Positions 61,701 through 64,000 of a stretch of DNA of 64,000 bases are shown here, one piece after another. Origin of the DNA: Macrostomum lignano (Eukaryota). The stretch spans positions 153,402 to 217,401 of the forward strand of contig NIVC01001009.1 in NCBI GenBank assembly GCA_002269645.1, read 5' to 3'. The stretch's first letter is position 1. Each line of letters starts with the position of its first letter. Below the pieces are notes generated by a model that saw nothing but the letters and a program-made list of their open reading frames with translations, had not been told where the DNA came from and searched no databases. The position numbers and the translations under genes were made by a program.

Positions 61701-62492
61701 GGATGGTTGGCCAGGAGACCGATGGAATTCCTTCAGGGCGAGCCCGAAGGTTTCCCAATCCGTATTTCTGGCGTTCCGTCTCCACGTAACACGAGTTGCG
61801 CTACGCGCGGCCATTAGGTTGAAGGAGATGAACTTGTGATCCGATAGTGAGGACACTGGAAGCACCCGCCACGCCCCAATACTCTGGTAGAGTCTGGGCG
61901 TTGCGAGCGTAGCGTCGATCACCTCCGACCACCGTCCGTTGTCAAAGGTAGGGGTGGACCCAGAGTTGCAGAACTCGAGGGTCGTAGAGGCAACGTAGGC
62001 TAGGAGGTCTTCGCCTCTCTGATTAATGCCAGTGCTGCCCCAGTGAGTGTGGTGGGCGTTGATGTCGCCGGCAACCATGAGCTCGTAGTTTTTGGCAGAG
62101 CAGAGCTCTACCAGCGTAGCGAGGGCTCTGGGGACGACCGCAGCATCGCCTGGTAGGTAAACCGAGGCAATGAGGGTGGTCTTCCCAGGAAGAAGGTCCT
62201 CGGATTGGATGACGCAGATGTCCCTGTTGGACAGGTCCGATCTGAGCCACGCACTGAGCGTTTTGCTCGCAAAGATGCAAGCTCTGGGAGGCTGGTTGGC
62301 CTCGCGAGGGTAAGTATAAAAACAATTGTAGCCAGCAGGGGCGTTTTGAGGCTTACCTCTGAGAGTCCAGGGTTCCTGGACGAGGATGAGCCCCGGCTTG
62401 TCGAGCTCGGCGTAACGCATAAGGTTGACCGAGGCTGCGACGCAGTGCTGCAGATTAATCTGCAGGCAATGGATTCCCTGGTTGCTGATCAT
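58788..62492 (-). CDS. LINE ORF2: AP endonuclease, reverse transcriptase, RNase H, CCHC finger (uninterrupted)
   Basis: INLQH, QEP, GDINAHH..WGS, SDH (APE); KAPGPDG, GSPQGGVLSP, GYADD (RT); YTDGS, SDSQAA, WIPGHAG..GNELAD (RNase H); CPFC...H...HC. First ATG at 62492; the track's 62498 is a GTG. Confidence 0.96.
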   Translation of the reverse strand: MISNQGIHCLQINLQHCVAASVNLMRYAELDKPGLILVQEPWTLRGKPQNAPAGYNCFYTYPREANQPPRACIFASKTLSAWLRSDLSNRDICVIQSEDLLPGKTTLIASVYLPGDAAVVPRALATLVELCSAKNYELMVAGDINAHHTHWGSTGINQRGEDLLAYVASTTLEFCNSGSTPTFDNGRWSEVIDATLATPRLYQSIGAWRVLPVSSLSDHKFISFNLMAARSATRVTWRRNARNTDWETFGLALKEFHRSPGQPSTITSCREADECATVLTETLTAAFEASCPLKAYKGKKSAPWWNPELGNLRRRAKRLHRRATKTKSPADQTAYHEAIHEFKRQVRNAKAQKWRQYCEELEGSRPTSRVVKALTLDKMSKLSSVKRTDGTSTDNPGETLDVMLTAFFPNEPANQTTPDHSEGGHALAASIITEDRIVRAANSFKPFKAPGPDGIVPALLREAVKCPGFLRKLCSLLRACITLGYVPQAWTEAKVIFIPKPGRPDYHSIKSFRPISLTSSLVKLMERLVLWRLLSVELKNKPLSENQHAFRAGRSTESALHVLVDKLEKAVLGSGFALGIFLDIIGAFDNVLFEAFRRALCERLTHSHLTRWIMYMISHRTATASLLGYQRTVPVCKGSPQGGVLSPVLWNMVIDELLRDVRPDPILKVGYADDVTAVASGPSPDTLRDLLQNFIYAAEQWADRCGLRLSETKTAAIMFTSRTKWQIRPLTLYGREIPFCKQTKCLGITLDHRLNWSPHVQTKAKKAFAVLAQLRRAVGTTWGLTPKRLWWIYTAMVRPAISYGGLIWASALQIKTCLEALRRAQGRACRTIMSAPPSAPYDGLNAFLNIPPLDIFVRREAAKTARRLADAGIRIQPHRAMAKRKLLPHADLCLKDLRDSGGLHVLSDGEPRTLNLFQRYKVTIPSRDAANDHWNFQEVHCYTDGSIKDGRAGFGVCIIINGRVIATHAQHTGRLSTVFQNEVLAISSCAAELNAKVTRGKTIVIHSDSQAALQALCHTTTNSRTVADCARQLNLLARSNTVRLKWIPGHAGFPGNELADTLAKRGGSGSFFGPAPLVPMPLTVINRQIDDWADSLHRDRWAGTQNCRQSRAAVPCPSHRLRNILLNQNRKDIRALVMTLTGHGYLARHCFLRGDLESEICPFCECDNEDAQHFVCHCPFFNRDRLRYLGPNPSIDEVCQPDSIPRLIQFLRATRRASFFPTEDHAAGRTGGPP

Positions 62493-62494
62493 TA

Positions 62495-63960
62495 TCACGC
62501 AGTTGGGGAATCGTTGAGCAGGTCATCCTCCTCCTTTTCAGTGGTGGGTGACCCGCAGACCTCCATGGGAGTTTCAGCGTCCTCAGCAGTTAGGGTGGCT
62601 GTGGAGTCCTCCGCGGACGTGAGCCCAGCGTGGACGTTACCGTCGCCTCTCCTGCGTGCTTCGGTGCTGTCACTGCCCGTCCCCTCTGCCTCGTCGGTCA
62701 GGTCGATGCGGGTGGCGCCAGCCTCCTGGTGAGTCACAGACTCGAACCAGTCGGTCGGAGCCTCCCCGCTTAGAGTCTGGCCTTCTGGCTGTTGGGGTGA
62801 GCGCGAGAAGCGCGGGCCCGCTCACGATGCGCACGAAGGTTCTTGGCCTGGTCCAGCGCGCGCTGGATCAGGCCGGACCTCCGGGTGCTCCTGGCGGGTC
62901 TGCGATTGCGATTTCCGGTTTCAGCAGCGCGAACTGCCTTACCGGGCATAGGATCGGCCGTTTGCCTCGGCTTCTTTGCCGGAGGAGCCTGGGCCCCAGT
63001 TCCGGTTTCGGAAGCTTTGGCATTCTTGGCTTCATCAGCTTTCCGCTCCTCGCAACGGAGGATGGTCAGCTGAGTCAGACCAATATGAATTGTGGACTTA
63101 GGCGGCAAGCGCTTAGCCCAGTCATCAGAGAGCCCTAGGATCACCGTAGCCCCCTTCTCCTTGCGGGAAGTGGCGTGGTGTAGGAGCCCGTTGACCTTAA
63201 GGTCGGGGTGCAGCTTTAGCAATATTTGCCTAAGCTGATCTCCGGACTTAATGGCACTGCCGGCCGGGATCCAGACGCGAAAGCGCTGGGTCTTCTGTCG
63301 TTCGCCCTCGCTGGCGAAGACGAGCTTGCCGAGCTTCTTGGGCCAGTTCAGCTTTGGCAGAAGCTCGCGTAGATTGCGGCTGCTCTCCTCCGAGCTGCAC
63401 CAGATGAAGATGCAGCCGTCGGTCTTGGCAGACTTGACCACGCTCACAGGGCGGCCCGCCAGGAGCTGGTCGATGAGCGCAGCATCGATGGTGCGCCAGG
63501 CACTGTCGAGCTCGTCGGCCGTGAGGTCCTGCTCTTCCCCGAAGACGATGACCGCCGGTTGGAGCTTGACCTTTGAGGCGTAGTTGGTGGCGGCGGTTCC
63601 CGAAGGCCCGGCCGCGCTTGTAGCAGGTATACTGGGTGGCACACCAGCGGGGGTTGTATCCTGGGGGGCAGGGGTTGCTGTGGTTCCTTTCGGCCCAACA
63701 GCAGCCTCGCCCTCCCTAGGTTCCCCTTCCGCCGGTGGCCGGCCCGCAGTACCCCGTAGTCGCCGTCGCCGCTCGTTGCGGCGTTGGTTGCGGGTGCGTC
63801 GGGCTTCAGCGGAGGGCCCGGTTGCGCGTGCGGGCATGTCACCAGCCGAGCCGGCGGCAAGCCCATCTGCCCCCGGTGGGGCGGCGCTGGTGCCAGAGTC
63901 ACCGGCCGGAGTTGCCGGGGCCCCGGCTTCAGCGGGGGTTAAAGAGGCGGATGACGCCAT
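62495..63960 (-). CDS. LINE ORF1 (DUF4780-like gag protein), split by one frameshift near 62795
   Basis: Frame 63960-62770 contains GCIFIWCSSEES...L....RFRVWIP. An acidic continuation EGQTLSGEAPTDWFESV...SPTA* in the adjacent frame ends TGA two bases before the ORF2 ATG. Confidence 0.75.
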
Positions 63961-64000
63961 AGCTGAAAGCGGGAAGGAGTGAGCTGAGTCACAAAAGAAA

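Larger units (their letters stand above)
58678..64000 (-). mobile_element. Non-LTR retrotransposon (APE-RT-RNase H; Loa/Lian/R1-group-like); 5' end beyond the window
   Basis: ORF1 plus ORF2 organisation, short 3' UTR, and (AAGTC)3 tail at 58692-58678. Confidence 0.93.

Noticed and set aside
58962-63982. Numerous plus-strand ORFs overlapping the LINE
   Set aside because: Antisense shadows of GC-rich coding sequence with no recognisable motifs.

Overview
Eukaryotic (animal) genomic DNA with spliceosomal genes, GC-rich exons and minisatellite-filled introns. The style suggests a free-living flatworm such as Macrostomum, but that is inference only. Host genes reconstructed by splice-aware reading: on the minus strand, the 5' part of a leishmanolysin/CIROP-like metallopeptidase, a complete canopy (CNPY2-like) gene, and the 3' half of NOL6/Utp22 with two 1-bp lesions near its end; on the plus strand, a complete cytoplasmic arginyl-tRNA synthetase (6 exons) and a homeobrain-like paired-class homeobox gene (3 exons). 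Mobile DNA: a 6.4-kb hAT transposon (24181-30623, 14-bp TIR, 8-bp TSD), a non-autonomous P-superfamily element with a decayed THAP domain, a near-intact APE-RT-RNase H LINE, a Penelope GIY-YIG fragment with a degenerate hammerhead, a tRNA-derived CORE-SINE, several MITEs and LTR remnants. The most unusual system is the hAT element. Its single spliced gene encodes a signal peptide plus a bacterial-style lamin-tail-like domain fused upstream of a TTF zinc finger/hAT transposase. A stop codon inside the donor site means intron retention would give only the secreted half. Most long ORFs in the supplied track are artefacts of tandem repeats. All homology calls are from motif recognition; no searches were run.
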